Under the pieces are notes generated by a model, which saw only the letters and a program-made list of their open reading frames with translations, was not told the DNA's origin and ran no database searches. From positions 1-64,000 of the forward strand of contig JBAXWY010000005.1 in NCBI GenBank assembly GCA_037128175.1: DNA of 64,000 nt, given 5' to 3'. The stretch is from Methanothrix sp. (GTDB lineage Archaea; Halobacteriota; Methanosarcinia; Methanotrichales; Methanotrichaceae). Positions 40,674-51,337 of the stretch are shown here, piece after piece (the first letter of the stretch is position 1; the number at the start of each line of letters is the position of its first letter). A program made the position numbers and the translations under genes.

Positions 40674-41528
40674 CGTCTTCCAGATCACAGCACGGCTGAG
40701 CATCTCGGAAAAGGCCTCGAAGATGGGCCGGTCCGTTTTCACAAGGAAGTAATCCGCTCCAACCTGGCTGCACGCTGCCCGGATGCGATCGTTGTGCTCT
40801 GCCATGCTTCTCAGATACTCCTTTCGCTCATCCTCAGTTACGCGGGTGATGAGGGGCAGGCTGCTCTCCAGATCCACGAATTTGACATCGCCTCCGAAGC
40901 TTAGTTCCGTCTCCTGCGGTGCCAGTACTTGAATTACCACCAGCTCATGCCCGGAGAGCCGGTAGATGCTGGACAGGACATCATCCGTCTCGCCCAGCAG
41001 GTCGGAAATCAGGACCACCAGGCTGGTCGTCTTGAGGAGCGACTCCACCTGATCGGCAACGGCAAGCAGGCCCGTGCCACCGCGAGGCGTGATCCCATCC
41101 AGCAGAGCGATGGTTTGAAAGAGATTTCTTCTTCCCCGCTTGGGCTCAGCCGGATAGAGCTTATTGCAGAAAAGCGATATGGCATACTTCTCATTTTCCA
41201 TGGTGGCGAGATAGGCAAAGCCGACTGCTAGGCGCGCCGCATATCCGAACTTTCCCTCGTAATCCATGCTGGCGCTGCCGTCTAAAAGGATGTGCACCAC
41301 CAGGCTTCTCTCCTCCTCGTGCTCCCGGATGTAGAGCTTCTCAGTTCGACCGTAGACCTTCCAGTCCACCAGCTTGAAGTCGTCTCCCTTGCGGTACTCT
41401 CGGTAGCCGACGGGGCTGATGCCGTGACCGAAGCGCAGGGACTTTCTGCCTCCGCTGTAGGCGGTCGATACCCGCTTTTTTACGAGCAGGGAGAACTTCT
41501 CCAGCTCTTTGAAGAACTCTGTATCCAT
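40671..41528 (-). CDS. DUF58 (vWA-like) protein
   Basis: Motifs YREYRKGDD..VDWK, LDGSASM and LISDL. Confidence 0.9.
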   Translation of the reverse strand: MDTEFFKELEKFSLLVKKRVSTAYSGGRKSLRFGHGISPVGYREYRKGDDFKLVDWKVYGRTEKLYIREHEEERSLVVHILLDGSASMDYEGKFGYAARLAVGFAYLATMENEKYAISLFCNKLYPAEPKRGRRNLFQTIALLDGITPRGGTGLLAVADQVESLLKTTSLVVLISDLLGETDDVLSSIYRLSGHELVVIQVLAPQETELSFGGDVKFVDLESSLPLITRVTEDERKEYLRSMAEHNDRIRAACSQVGADYFLVKTDRPIFEAFSEMLSRAVIWKT

Positions 41529-41548
41529 GATTTGTCCTGAAGATTTTT

Positions 41549-42505
41549 TCAGAGTGACTGGCTCTTCAGAATGTCCGTTACCACCTGGTCGCGGGTGAGT
41601 CCTTTTCTCTCTGCCTCAAAGCCCAGGATGATTCTGTGCCTCAAGACAGGGTAGGCCATGACATGTAGATCTTCTTTGGAGACATAATTTCTGCCCTGCA
41701 GGAAGGCCCTGGCCTTGGCGGAGAGGATGAGGCCGATGGTGGCCCTGGGGCTGGCGCCGTACTGGACGCCTTCCCACTGGCGCGTGGCCAGCACGAGATT
41801 TACGACCGCAGTCTTCAGATCATCAGAGACGGGTATGTCGCGACACAGCTGCTGCAGCGCTATCACTTCTTCCTTGCTGACCACCGGCTCCACGCTCGGC
41901 TCACCGCGAATGGTATAGCGCTCCAGGATCTCCAGCTCCTCTTTCTGAGAGGGATATTCCATGAAAATTTTAAGCAAGAATCGATCCAGTTGTGCTTCGG
42001 GCAGAGGGAAGGTGCCTTCCATCTCGATTGGGTTTTGCGTGGCCAGGATAAAGAAAGGCTTATCGAGAAGATAGGTCTTGTTTCCCACCGTTACCTGCTT
42101 TTCCTGCATGGCCTCCAAAAGAGCGCTCTGCGTCTTGGGAGAGGCCCGGTTGATCTCATCCGCCAGGACGATATTGGAGAAGACGGGCCCCGCCTCGAAG
42201 CGGAACTTTTTGCCTTTATCGATCTCTTCGATAATGGTGGTGCCGGTGATGTCGGCAGGCATAAGGTCCGGAGTGCATTGAATCCGGCTGTAATCAAGGC
42301 CCAGGCAGGAGGCTGTGGTCTTCACCAGCAGTGTTTTTGCCAGCCCGGGATTGCTCTCCAGGAGGGCATGGCCTCCGGCCAGGATGGCAATCAGGAGCTG
42401 CTCGATGGCCACATTCTGGCCGACTATGACTTTGTCGATCTCGCGCCGGAGCCTTTTGAAGATCTCCGGTGCCCGGCTATAGACTGCTTTCTGATCCTCC
42501 GACAT
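41549..42505 (-). CDS. MoxR family AAA+ ATPase
   Basis: Motifs PGLAKT, RIQCTPDLMPAD, DEINRA, ATQNPIE and LPEAQLDRF. Confidence 0.95.
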   Translation of the reverse strand: MSEDQKAVYSRAPEIFKRLRREIDKVIVGQNVAIEQLLIAILAGGHALLESNPGLAKTLLVKTTASCLGLDYSRIQCTPDLMPADITGTTIIEEIDKGKKFRFEAGPVFSNIVLADEINRASPKTQSALLEAMQEKQVTVGNKTYLLDKPFFILATQNPIEMEGTFPLPEAQLDRFLLKIFMEYPSQKEELEILERYTIRGEPSVEPVVSKEEVIALQQLCRDIPVSDDLKTAVVNLVLATRQWEGVQYGASPRATIGLILSAKARAFLQGRNYVSKEDLHVMAYPVLRHRIILGFEAERKGLTRDQVVTDILKSQSL

Positions 42506-42969
42506 TATTCTCTCCTTCTCTCAGCTTGATAATAAAACCCTGGCGGTTTACGAAATAATACCACAGAGGCACAGAGCGCACAGAGGACGAACGAACGGAG
42601 ATATTATAAAATAGAAATATACTTTGATATTATTTTTCAATAATCTCTGATGGGAATGCTGATCGTCTCTGTGAACTGTTGTGCTTTCCATGGTTAATAA
42701 TAGTAGCCGAGACCGCCTGGAAATTGAGAGGGAAATGATATATTGACTGGGCAATGGTTTTGCACCTATACTGCCTGAAAAGGAAGACTTTAGGTCCAGA
42801 ATCAATTATTATAATTATCAATATATTTATTTGGAACGGTCTAGATTTTCATGCATGTATGGGAGCTAGAGTGATACCTGCAAGGTTGTCTTGGGTGCGA
42901 CGTCCATAACTCGGTTTCATTCTCCTTGATATTGATGACAAATTTTTTGTAGTTAAAGCCGCAATTACT

Positions 42970-44568
42970 TTGGACAGGAGGATTACTGAGCTGGCATTAG
43001 CTTGGGTTCTTATAGCGCTACTATTACTGGTTCCGATATCTCAAGGATCAGATGATTCTCTGAAGCCAATTCTAGCTAGCGATATTCTGAATGAAATTCA
43101 AAAAGGCGAGCCCGTAGAATATGATCACTGCATCATTAAGGGCGATCTTAGCCTGTCTCAATATTTGATGAGCTCAAATAAATCATATCTGCCGAAGAAG
43201 CATGTCGAGCTACCTACAATTGCTTTTAGCGCGCCAGAGATTTCATTCGAACTTTATAACGAGTCACTAGATGCAACGCTCATCGCATCTTCTATAAAAA
43301 TTAGAGATTCTGTGATTGAAGGATATGTAGATTTAGGAAGATCAATATTCTTAAACTCAGTAGACTTCCAGAACACGCAATTCCGGAATGCCGCCTCCTT
43401 TAAACGTTCTTGGTTTTATGGAGATGTAAATTTTGGAGGTTCTAAGTTCTTTTCAAAGACCTCTTTTTTCAGGTGCATGTTCGAAGGAAACGCAATCTTT
43501 TATGGTGCCTGGTTTGAGGGTGATACCATTTTCGAGGGATCTCAGTTTAACAATCCTAAAACATACCACACAACTTTCAGTGTTTGCCAATTCAAGGGAG
43601 ATGTCGATTTCATGGCATCTCAATTTGAAGGATTACCTGACTTTAGTGGCTGTCAGTTCAATGAAGACTCAGATTTTAGTGGGTCTTGGTTTAATAATGG
43701 GGTTTACTTTAAAAAATCTAAATTCAATGGTATGACGAGGTTTAGTGGAGCCAATTTCAACAACAGCGCTGATTTTAAAGAGTCGACTTTCAATGGAAAT
43801 GCCATCTTTTCAGGGTCCCGATTCAACCAAATCGCCAATTTCCGTGATTCTCAATGGTACAAAGAAGTCACCTTCAATGACGCCATTTTTGAGCGGAATA
43901 CAAGCTTCAATAACAGTAATTTCAATGGAGATGCGCTTTTTCTGAATACAACGTTCATGCAAATGCTCGATTTAACAAGAGCTAAATATAATAGATTATA
44001 TATTAGGTGGGCAAGTATAAACAACAAATTGAATTACGACGACACCACATATCTATCGTTGATAAAGAACCTTAAAAGCCTAGGTTATTATGAAGATGCG
44101 GATAACAGTTATCTCGAATACAGAATAGAGCGCAGAAGCCATCCTTGGAACATACCAGGCGAAAGATTAATGAAAACCATCGATTGGCTTTCCGAGTGGT
44201 CTTATGGATATGGTGTAAGGCCGATGAATCCCCTGATAATCTCGTTAGTACTCATTGGGATTTTCGGACTTTACTGGAGATCAAAAGGGATAGGACACGA
44301 TGATGATGTTTCCGAAGCTAAAGGCCAATTCGCATTTGTATCGATTGTTGTGCAGAAGATATTTGATGCATTGGAGCCGTTCATATTTAGCTTCGGAGTT
44401 TACATATCAGGTACTGCATTCTTCCGAGAATCTCCGGACCTTCCGGAGCAATTAAATAGACCTAAATCATGGACAAAGCGTGTTTACAATCTGGAAAGAT
44501 TTTTGGGCGGGATTTTAATGGCTTTGTTCTTGATCGCACTCAGTAGCACGATAATCAAGACGGCTTAG
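42970..44568 (+). CDS. Pentapeptide-repeat membrane protein
   Basis: Signal peptide, many A.F.gs.F repeats, and a C-terminal TM region (SYGYGVRP). Confidence 0.85.
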   Translation: MDRRITELALAWVLIALLLLVPISQGSDDSLKPILASDILNEIQKGEPVEYDHCIIKGDLSLSQYLMSSNKSYLPKKHVELPTIAFSAPEISFELYNESLDATLIASSIKIRDSVIEGYVDLGRSIFLNSVDFQNTQFRNAASFKRSWFYGDVNFGGSKFFSKTSFFRCMFEGNAIFYGAWFEGDTIFEGSQFNNPKTYHTTFSVCQFKGDVDFMASQFEGLPDFSGCQFNEDSDFSGSWFNNGVYFKKSKFNGMTRFSGANFNNSADFKESTFNGNAIFSGSRFNQIANFRDSQWYKEVTFNDAIFERNTSFNNSNFNGDALFLNTTFMQMLDLTRAKYNRLYIRWASINNKLNYDDTTYLSLIKNLKSLGYYEDADNSYLEYRIERRSHPWNIPGERLMKTIDWLSEWSYGYGVRPMNPLIISLVLIGIFGLYWRSKGIGHDDDVSEAKGQFAFVSIVVQKIFDALEPFIFSFGVYISGTAFFRESPDLPEQLNRPKSWTKRVYNLERFLGGILMALFLIALSSTIIKTA

Positions 44569-44677
44569 GCGAAACACAGCTGTGCTCTCGCGCAGCGACC
44601 TACCAGGTATTACATTTAAAAAATAATCCGTCATATGCCTATGCATCACCAGGAGCGAAACCCAGCCCCCAAGCACG

Positions 44678-46189
44678 TTATTTTTCCCCCAGCATTCTCC
44701 TCAGCTCGGCCACATTCGCTTTGATCTGGTCTTCCAGTGCCTCTATCTTGTCCAGAATCACTTTTGGCTTCTCGTACTCTACCTCTTGGTACTCGATCTC
44801 TCTGTACTTCGAAATAGAAAGGTCGTAGCCGTTCTCTTTGATCTCGCTGTAGGGCACGAAAAAGCACTTGCCCTTCCTGTCCGTGGGGCTCTCCTCGCGC
44901 CTCTTTTTGTACCGCTCGATGATATCCGGAATGTCGCCCTTTCCGTCGATGAAGTTCCTCTTGTCGTCTAAAGAGTAGCCGTCTTTCTCCATTTTGTAGA
45001 ACCAGACCCGCTCCGTCCTGCCGCCCTTGGTGAAGATCAAGACCGCCGTGGACACGCCTGCATAAGGCCGGAAGACTCCGGATGGCATGGAAACAATGCC
45101 TTCCAGCTGGCACTTTTCCAGCAGGAGTTGTCGCAGTTGCTTGTGGGCCTTGGAGCTTCCGAAAAGCACGCCGTCGGGCACAATCACGCCGCACCTGCCG
45201 CCGTTCTGAAGGAGCTGCGTCATTCTCAGCACAAAGAGAAGTTCGGTCTTCTTCGTACCCAGTGTTGCTAGACGATCGTTTATGTCGTTTTCGTCGATGC
45301 TGCCTGTAAAGGGCGGATTAGCTAGGACCACAGTATATTTTTCTGACTCGGTGAAACCCTTGGAGAGGGTGTCCACCTGCCGAATCCTGGGACCGCGTAT
45401 GCCGTGCAGCATCATGTTCATGAGTGATATCCTGACCATTGTGGAGTCAAAGTCAAAGCCGTAAAATGTCTCATTCCATAGCAGGTCCCAGTGTCTTTTC
45501 TCCACTATTCGGTCTCCGGTTAGATTATGGAAAGCGCCCTCCTCGTCCTGCTCAATTGCGTCCGAGCTGGTATATCTGCGGAGGATGTGATCGTAGGCGT
45601 TGACCAGGAAGCCAGCCGTGCCGCAGGCCGGATCGCAGATGCGATCGCCAATATCAGGATCGACCAATGCTACTATCATTCTTATTATGTGCCTGGGCGT
45701 CCTGAACTGGCCATTCTTGCCCGCGCTCTTAAGCTCGCTCAGCAGGTACTCGTAGATGTCTCCTTGCGTGTCTCTATTCTGGGCGGTTATGTCCAGGTCG
45801 TCGATGATGGCCACTGCCTCCTGGAGGAGCGAAGGCTTGGGGATGATGAAGACTGCATCCTTCATCTGCTCTGAAAATAGGGTCTGGTCACCATCATGCA
45901 GTTCCTTGATGAAGGGAAAAACCACATCCCGGACGTGGCTTAGCATCTTCTCCGCCCGGTAGTTCTTCCAGTTGGACCAGCGGCAGTCTTCGTGACCCTC
46001 GAAGGCGGAGTTGTAAGGATGTCCCTGGGCCTGGGCGCGCTTGCGCTCGATCGCGTCCATGTCCTCCAACCGTTTCATGAAGATGAGGTAAGACATCTGC
46101 TCGATGGAGGATATGGGATTGGAAAGGCCGCCAGCCCAGAACCTATCCCAGAGGGAGTCGATCTTAGATTTCAATTCATGGGCAAGCAT
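44678..46189 (-). CDS. hsdM: Type I RM methyltransferase subunit
   Basis: Motifs GQFRTPRH, DPACGTAGFL and NPPF (N6-adenine). Confidence 0.95.
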   Translation of the reverse strand: MLAHELKSKIDSLWDRFWAGGLSNPISSIEQMSYLIFMKRLEDMDAIERKRAQAQGHPYNSAFEGHEDCRWSNWKNYRAEKMLSHVRDVVFPFIKELHDGDQTLFSEQMKDAVFIIPKPSLLQEAVAIIDDLDITAQNRDTQGDIYEYLLSELKSAGKNGQFRTPRHIIRMIVALVDPDIGDRICDPACGTAGFLVNAYDHILRRYTSSDAIEQDEEGAFHNLTGDRIVEKRHWDLLWNETFYGFDFDSTMVRISLMNMMLHGIRGPRIRQVDTLSKGFTESEKYTVVLANPPFTGSIDENDINDRLATLGTKKTELLFVLRMTQLLQNGGRCGVIVPDGVLFGSSKAHKQLRQLLLEKCQLEGIVSMPSGVFRPYAGVSTAVLIFTKGGRTERVWFYKMEKDGYSLDDKRNFIDGKGDIPDIIERYKKRREESPTDRKGKCFFVPYSEIKENGYDLSISKYREIEYQEVEYEKPKVILDKIEALEDQIKANVAELRRMLGEK

Positions 46190-46225
46190 CCAGGATAGAC
46201 CTCCTCATAATTATTAATTATCGTT

Positions 46226-47134
46226 TTAGATAAATAGTCTAAATAAATCATTTTCTGTCTCCTCAGAGATTTTAGCATATCTTCCATATAGGATCGCATC
46301 ATGATCCTGAATAATGAAAGCTGAATAAGCAATGGCAAGAGAAAAAGCAAGTAATGCATCGGACTTATTAAGATCTCTAATTGGCGGTTCATATGAGCCA
46401 ATATGTCTAACGTTTGGATGCTTGTTGGTAAATTCATAATATTTTTCGAGCGATTCTTTGGCAAGATTGGATGGAAAAATCGTTCCAGATTTATCTAGTG
46501 CTTTTCCCAACGTGTTTTCCTTAGTTCTTTCATAAAGAAAATGTTCAATTAATTTTATAGAATCCTCAATGCAATAGATTTCCTCATAAGATGAATCAAT
46601 TTTATTTATATGATGCTCCAACATCTTAATACAATCAATTCTCGATTGAGAACCCGTGATTTCAGCAAAATGCTTTATATAATTCATCTGAGTCCAAAGC
46701 AAACCTTCCAAGGAAAGAGTCAATTTGCAGGGTGGAAATAGTCGATACCGTATATTATATTTTGCTAAAAAATATTTTAGATATTCTACATATTCCTCTG
46801 CCAATACCTCATTATTTTCTAAGATATAATTATAATATCCTTCGAAAATGTTTATCGTATCTTCTTCTGTTGGAGGAATTGGGGCATTATAAAATCCACT
46901 TCTTGCACTACTTATATCGTTAGCAGCGCTTTGCAGGTCTGAAAAAATTTTCTTGTGATTTATTAGATCTTCTTCTGTTCTCCCTTCTTCCTTAAAATAA
47001 TAATCTTCTAAATTAATTAGGTAAGTAGTCAGGAGTACGCAATATAGATCGTCTATTGCATTCTTGGATTCTTCTAATTTAGCTGCAATCTCATTGTTAA
47101 TAATATGCCAATTATGCAATAAAAACATGCTCAT
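46226..47134 (-). CDS. Hypothetical protein, possibly AbiJ/Abi_C-like, inside the RM operon
   Basis: AT-rich; C-term KENTLGKAL...EKYYEFTNKHPNVRH resembles Abi_C/HEPN-like tails; ATGA overlap with hsdS. Confidence 0.55.
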   Translation of the reverse strand: MSMFLLHNWHIINNEIAAKLEESKNAIDDLYCVLLTTYLINLEDYYFKEEGRTEEDLINHKKIFSDLQSAANDISSARSGFYNAPIPPTEEDTINIFEGYYNYILENNEVLAEEYVEYLKYFLAKYNIRYRLFPPCKLTLSLEGLLWTQMNYIKHFAEITGSQSRIDCIKMLEHHINKIDSSYEEIYCIEDSIKLIEHFLYERTKENTLGKALDKSGTIFPSNLAKESLEKYYEFTNKHPNVRHIGSYEPPIRDLNKSDALLAFSLAIAYSAFIIQDHDAILYGRYAKISEETENDLFRLFI

Positions 47135-48327
47135 AGTACCAAATCTCCTACAAATGCTTTTTGCATAAGAGATGCAAGAAGATCCTCGATTTGTGGATTT
47201 GACAGCGCTTGAAGATTTCTTATTTCTTCTACTTGATTGACCTTTTCCGAAAATTGATTCTGTAGTTCGATTTCAGGCAGGGGAAATTTGATTGACTTAA
47301 AAGTGCTAAGATTTATTTTTTGCTGTGCCGCACCTTTTGTGCTCCTAATAACTTGATTTCTAACATAATCTGTCCTAAAAACCCATAGGATGTAGGAAGC
47401 ATTTGCTATTCTGGGATTCAATGTAAGCTTGATGCAATCCGCAGTAATTATGCCAGGCTGAGAATTCTCGGGATATAAAGCAACGTCACCTGGAGGGTCA
47501 CCCATTTTTGTCATTAAGATGTCCCTTGGATTTACTCGATGAGATTTAAGTTCCTCGCCTTTTGATTCATCAATAAATCGGATACCATTTCCTCGAAATT
47601 TATTCTCCCTTATATTTTTTACAAATATTAAAGGAACACCATGACTTCTATAATCCTTTGCCATTAGGTCGCTTCCAAAGGGGCCTATTGTTATTGCATT
47701 CTTATCATCTGATGCGATATCTGTAGGTGTAACCATCTTCCATCCTTTGATATTTTGCATTGGGTCCCCAAACATTTCTACGAATATGCTAAATGGAAGC
47801 TTTTCCGCCAACTCATCCGCCTGGGCTCGTAGCCTCCTGGTCTCCTCGGCTTTATCGAGAATGGCCACGATACGGCGCTGAGTTTCACGGGGCGGCAATG
47901 GAATTTGAATGTCCTTCATTTGCTTCGCTGAAAGATGTTTGACGGTGACTTGTGGAGTTTTATCTTCTATTTGTTTTAGAATTTTAACTAGTGCTCGATA
48001 AGCAAAATCAGGTATTATTTCAGTAGAGCTAAACTCAAGTTTGCATATCCTTTGATTGAGAAGTGCCTTTCCGCCATTCCATTTAACAATATTGAATTCA
48101 CCATCCATCCCTACAAGGATTTCGTCATTATTTACGATATAATTCTCATCATAATACCCATCATAATACATTTCCGTGGCGCACGAAATTAAATTTCGAA
48201 TGCGAATAATTGGCAAACCATTTCCATCTGAGTTAAATTTCGATGATTCAAAGGGGCATCCGTAGACGAATTTCGCCAAATCCTCCAATTTTCTCCATCT
48301 CCACCCCACCGGCAACTTCCCCTCCAT
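47131..48327 (-). CDS. hsdS: Type I RM specificity subunit
   Basis: Two TRDs with conserved IPLPP.ETQRRIVAILDKA and PLPEIELQ segments. Confidence 0.93.
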   Translation of the reverse strand: MEGKLPVGWRWRKLEDLAKFVYGCPFESSKFNSDGNGLPIIRIRNLISCATEMYYDGYYDENYIVNNDEILVGMDGEFNIVKWNGGKALLNQRICKLEFSSTEIIPDFAYRALVKILKQIEDKTPQVTVKHLSAKQMKDIQIPLPPRETQRRIVAILDKAEETRRLRAQADELAEKLPFSIFVEMFGDPMQNIKGWKMVTPTDIASDDKNAITIGPFGSDLMAKDYRSHGVPLIFVKNIRENKFRGNGIRFIDESKGEELKSHRVNPRDILMTKMGDPPGDVALYPENSQPGIITADCIKLTLNPRIANASYILWVFRTDYVRNQVIRSTKGAAQQKINLSTFKSIKFPLPEIELQNQFSEKVNQVEEIRNLQALSNPQIEDLLASLMQKAFVGDLVL

Positions 48328-48330
48328 CCC

Positions 48331-51192
48331 TCACGCCTCCGCAAACAGTTCTTTCTCTAGCGAGCCGCAGATCTTGATAAAGCTTTTCAGCTCATCCTCA
48401 GAGAACATGGGCATGGGCGCTTTGGCCCCGAAGTTGATGAAGGGCGCATCGAATAGGTCTCCAAAGTCCAGGTGCTTCTTCTTGGCAAAGACGGATCGAA
48501 TAGCCCGGATGAAGTTGAGTTGATCCGCCGTATAATTCCGGTTGTTCTCGATGATGTAGGTCTGGAAGGCGTCCCAGATTCGCTCCTCCGGCTGGGGAAA
48601 CTCGTAGAGCCCAAGCACCTTCTTGATGAACTGCACCAGCGTCCCGGCCCGCTGCCGGTAGGTCTTTTGCAGTGTTTCCTCGCTGATGAAAAGCTCCGGG
48701 CTGTTTAGCGTCTCCTCTAACCTTCGCAGATCCTGCTCATCCAGCTCCTCGCCCTGCTTGATCTTCTTCAAAGCCGGATGCTCCTCTGCCAGCTTCTTGA
48801 TCTTCTCCTCCACCTTCTCTTTGTAAACGGAGACGTAAACCTCCTGGCAGTCCGGCCCGAAGACGATCGTCTCCCGGCTCTGGATGAGGTCCTCCATGTC
48901 GATTATGATCGTTTTGCGCGGCTCTTTGGACATGTACTTCATGAGGCCCGACAGCTCACTGATGAGCATCTGCGCGTCATCAAAGCTCATATTCTGCCAG
49001 AACTCCTCCGACAGCGCGCGCTGCATGAAGGCCTCTTTGGGCCGGACCAAATCCAGATTGGTGGGCAGGCACTCAATCATCTCCCCAATCTCCGGCTTGA
49101 GCTTCTCAATCTCCTCCCCGTCAGCCGTCAGGATGGCCAGGCCCAGCCGCTCGCAGCGCAAAGTGAAAGAAGCCTCATTCAGGTTCACATCCGGCTTGAA
49201 CTTCATGAGCGGCGTGATCCTCTCCTTCAGGAACTTCACCGGATCAAGGCCCACGCTCTCCCAAAGCCGGGGCGAGAGCGCTTTTTCCACCTCGCGCAGG
49301 CTCTCCCGCACACTCACCGAGTCCTTGGGCAGGGATTTGATGTCTTCCAGAACCTTTGACCTGACAGCCTGCACGCCAACCTCAGCGCCGCTCTTGCGGA
49401 AGTGGTCAAGCTGCTTGAGCCTGACCATGAAGATGCGGTTGGTTATGGCCTCCTGGCTCTGCTGAATGTCTCCATCCGGGTGCAGATCCCAGAATTCGAA
49501 GTTGCGCCAGAAGTCGAAGACCTTAAAATACTCCTTTTTCCCGTTGGGCAGCCAGTCGCGATGCTTGCAGGTTTGATCCGCGCGGGTGCCACGCCCCAGC
49601 ATCTGCCAGAACTTGATCTTGGAGAGCACCGGCTTGGCAAAGACCAGATTGCAGACCTCAGGAACATCGATGCCCGTGTCCAGCATATCCACGGAGATGG
49701 CCACCCTCGGCCACTCCTCCTCTTTGAAAGCCTTAATCAGCTGATCTGCCCGCGAGTTAGCGGATACTATTATCCTCGCCAGCAGTCCTTTGTACTCGGG
49801 ATAAAGCTTCTCGAAAGCCTCCCAAAGCCTCTTGGCATGTTTTTGAGAGACCGCAAAGAAGATGGTCTTAGCAGGATGATTGCCGGACCTGTCCATCTGG
49901 CAGCTATCCATGAACTCCCTGACGATGGCCTCGCTCGTCCCCGTGACTGCAATCTTCTTCTCCAGCTGTGTTCCCTCGAAATTGATATCGTCCGGATCAA
50001 TGCCTGCTTCCGCAAGCCTCGTAAACTCTCCTGATGTCAAATCCTCAGGCTTGATGCCTTGAATCTGAAAATGAGTCTGCGCGCCCAGGATGTTCCTCCG
50101 AAAATCGCAAAGAACGCCCTCCTTGACCGCCTCCTCGTAATCGTAAAGAGCCGTTGGCGCTCCATCCAGGCAATTAAAGAACCTGAAGGTGTCCCTGTCC
50201 AAAAGATCAGATGGCGTGGCTGTGAGCCCAATCTGAATGGCATCCAGATAGGTGAAAACATCCCGCCACTTATTGTAAATGGAACGGTGCGCCTCGTCTG
50301 AGATTATCACATCGAACTCGGCAGGCGAGATCATGTACTTGCCAGAGCTGTCCTTCTTGTTGTAGATCTCCTGGAAGGTCTGAATGGTGGAGACGTACAG
50401 CCTGGCGGTCTTATCGAAATTACCGGACAGAATCTTGGACTTGGATTCTTCCGGGAGGAATTTCTTGAATCCATCGTCGCTCGCCTGATCCCGGAGCGCT
50501 CTTCGATCCGCCAGGAAAAGAACCTTCTGCGCCCGGTTGGTCCTCAAGAGCACATCGATAATGGCCATCGCCACTCTGGTCTTTCCCGTGCCCGTGGCCA
50601 TGACCACCAGGGCTTTACGATTTCCTCTTTGAATATGCTCAATTACCCGCTTGGTTATCTCAATGCTCTTGGGACGATCAACGATCTTGCTGTTAACCTC
50701 GACGTTATTGAGTTCCAATCCCATTTCAACCTGAAAGCGGAGACGCTCCAGGTTTTTCAGAGAGAAGAAACCCTTTACCAGTCTGGGACCATAACGTGCT
50801 CTATCCCAGAACCACATCTCATATCCGTTAGAAAGAAAGATAAAAACGTCTTTTCCCGTCTGTGATTTTATGTCATCCGCATATTCTTCAGCTTGCTTTC
50901 GGCCCAAGATGGGATCTCTTAATGTGCGCTTTGCCTCCACAACTGCAATCGGTGCGCCCATACTGTCAAGAAGAAGATAATCTGCATATTTGCTATCCAG
51001 GTCATTCCTCAAAGTCTCAGAGATTTCTTTGTAATTTTGAGCGCGAAAATCAGATTGCTTTGTGTCAACCTCAAGAATTACCTTGGATCTGTCACCAACA
51101 TTCCAGCCCTGCTCTCTGAGAAGAACGTCGATCTTCTGTTTTCGAGTCTCGAACTCGTTTAGGTCCCTCCCAGAGTTGGCAATAGGCGGCAT
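48331..51192 (-). CDS. hsdR: Type I RM restriction subunit (EcoAI/EcoEI-like)
   Basis: ADYLL..VVEAKR nuclease motif, MATGTGKT, DEAHRS, LTATP, MLDTGID and QMLGRGTR. Confidence 0.95.
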   Translation of the reverse strand: MPPIANSGRDLNEFETRKQKIDVLLREQGWNVGDRSKVILEVDTKQSDFRAQNYKEISETLRNDLDSKYADYLLLDSMGAPIAVVEAKRTLRDPILGRKQAEEYADDIKSQTGKDVFIFLSNGYEMWFWDRARYGPRLVKGFFSLKNLERLRFQVEMGLELNNVEVNSKIVDRPKSIEITKRVIEHIQRGNRKALVVMATGTGKTRVAMAIIDVLLRTNRAQKVLFLADRRALRDQASDDGFKKFLPEESKSKILSGNFDKTARLYVSTIQTFQEIYNKKDSSGKYMISPAEFDVIISDEAHRSIYNKWRDVFTYLDAIQIGLTATPSDLLDRDTFRFFNCLDGAPTALYDYEEAVKEGVLCDFRRNILGAQTHFQIQGIKPEDLTSGEFTRLAEAGIDPDDINFEGTQLEKKIAVTGTSEAIVREFMDSCQMDRSGNHPAKTIFFAVSQKHAKRLWEAFEKLYPEYKGLLARIIVSANSRADQLIKAFKEEEWPRVAISVDMLDTGIDVPEVCNLVFAKPVLSKIKFWQMLGRGTRADQTCKHRDWLPNGKKEYFKVFDFWRNFEFWDLHPDGDIQQSQEAITNRIFMVRLKQLDHFRKSGAEVGVQAVRSKVLEDIKSLPKDSVSVRESLREVEKALSPRLWESVGLDPVKFLKERITPLMKFKPDVNLNEASFTLRCERLGLAILTADGEEIEKLKPEIGEMIECLPTNLDLVRPKEAFMQRALSEEFWQNMSFDDAQMLISELSGLMKYMSKEPRKTIIIDMEDLIQSRETIVFGPDCQEVYVSVYKEKVEEKIKKLAEEHPALKKIKQGEELDEQDLRRLEETLNSPELFISEETLQKTYRQRAGTLVQFIKKVLGLYEFPQPEERIWDAFQTYIIENNRNYTADQLNFIRAIRSVFAKKKHLDFGDLFDAPFINFGAKAPMPMFSEDELKSFIKICGSLEKELFAEA

Positions 51193-51337
51193 CAGTTATT
51201 TAGCTATGGCACATAATATATTTAAGATTAACTTAATAAAATTAATTTATAAGACGAAAAACAATTTTTGTTTGTTAAATGTCTGATCCTAGCAAATGAT
51301 TTTTTATAGGAAGATTTGCAGTATTTATTTTTAAAGC

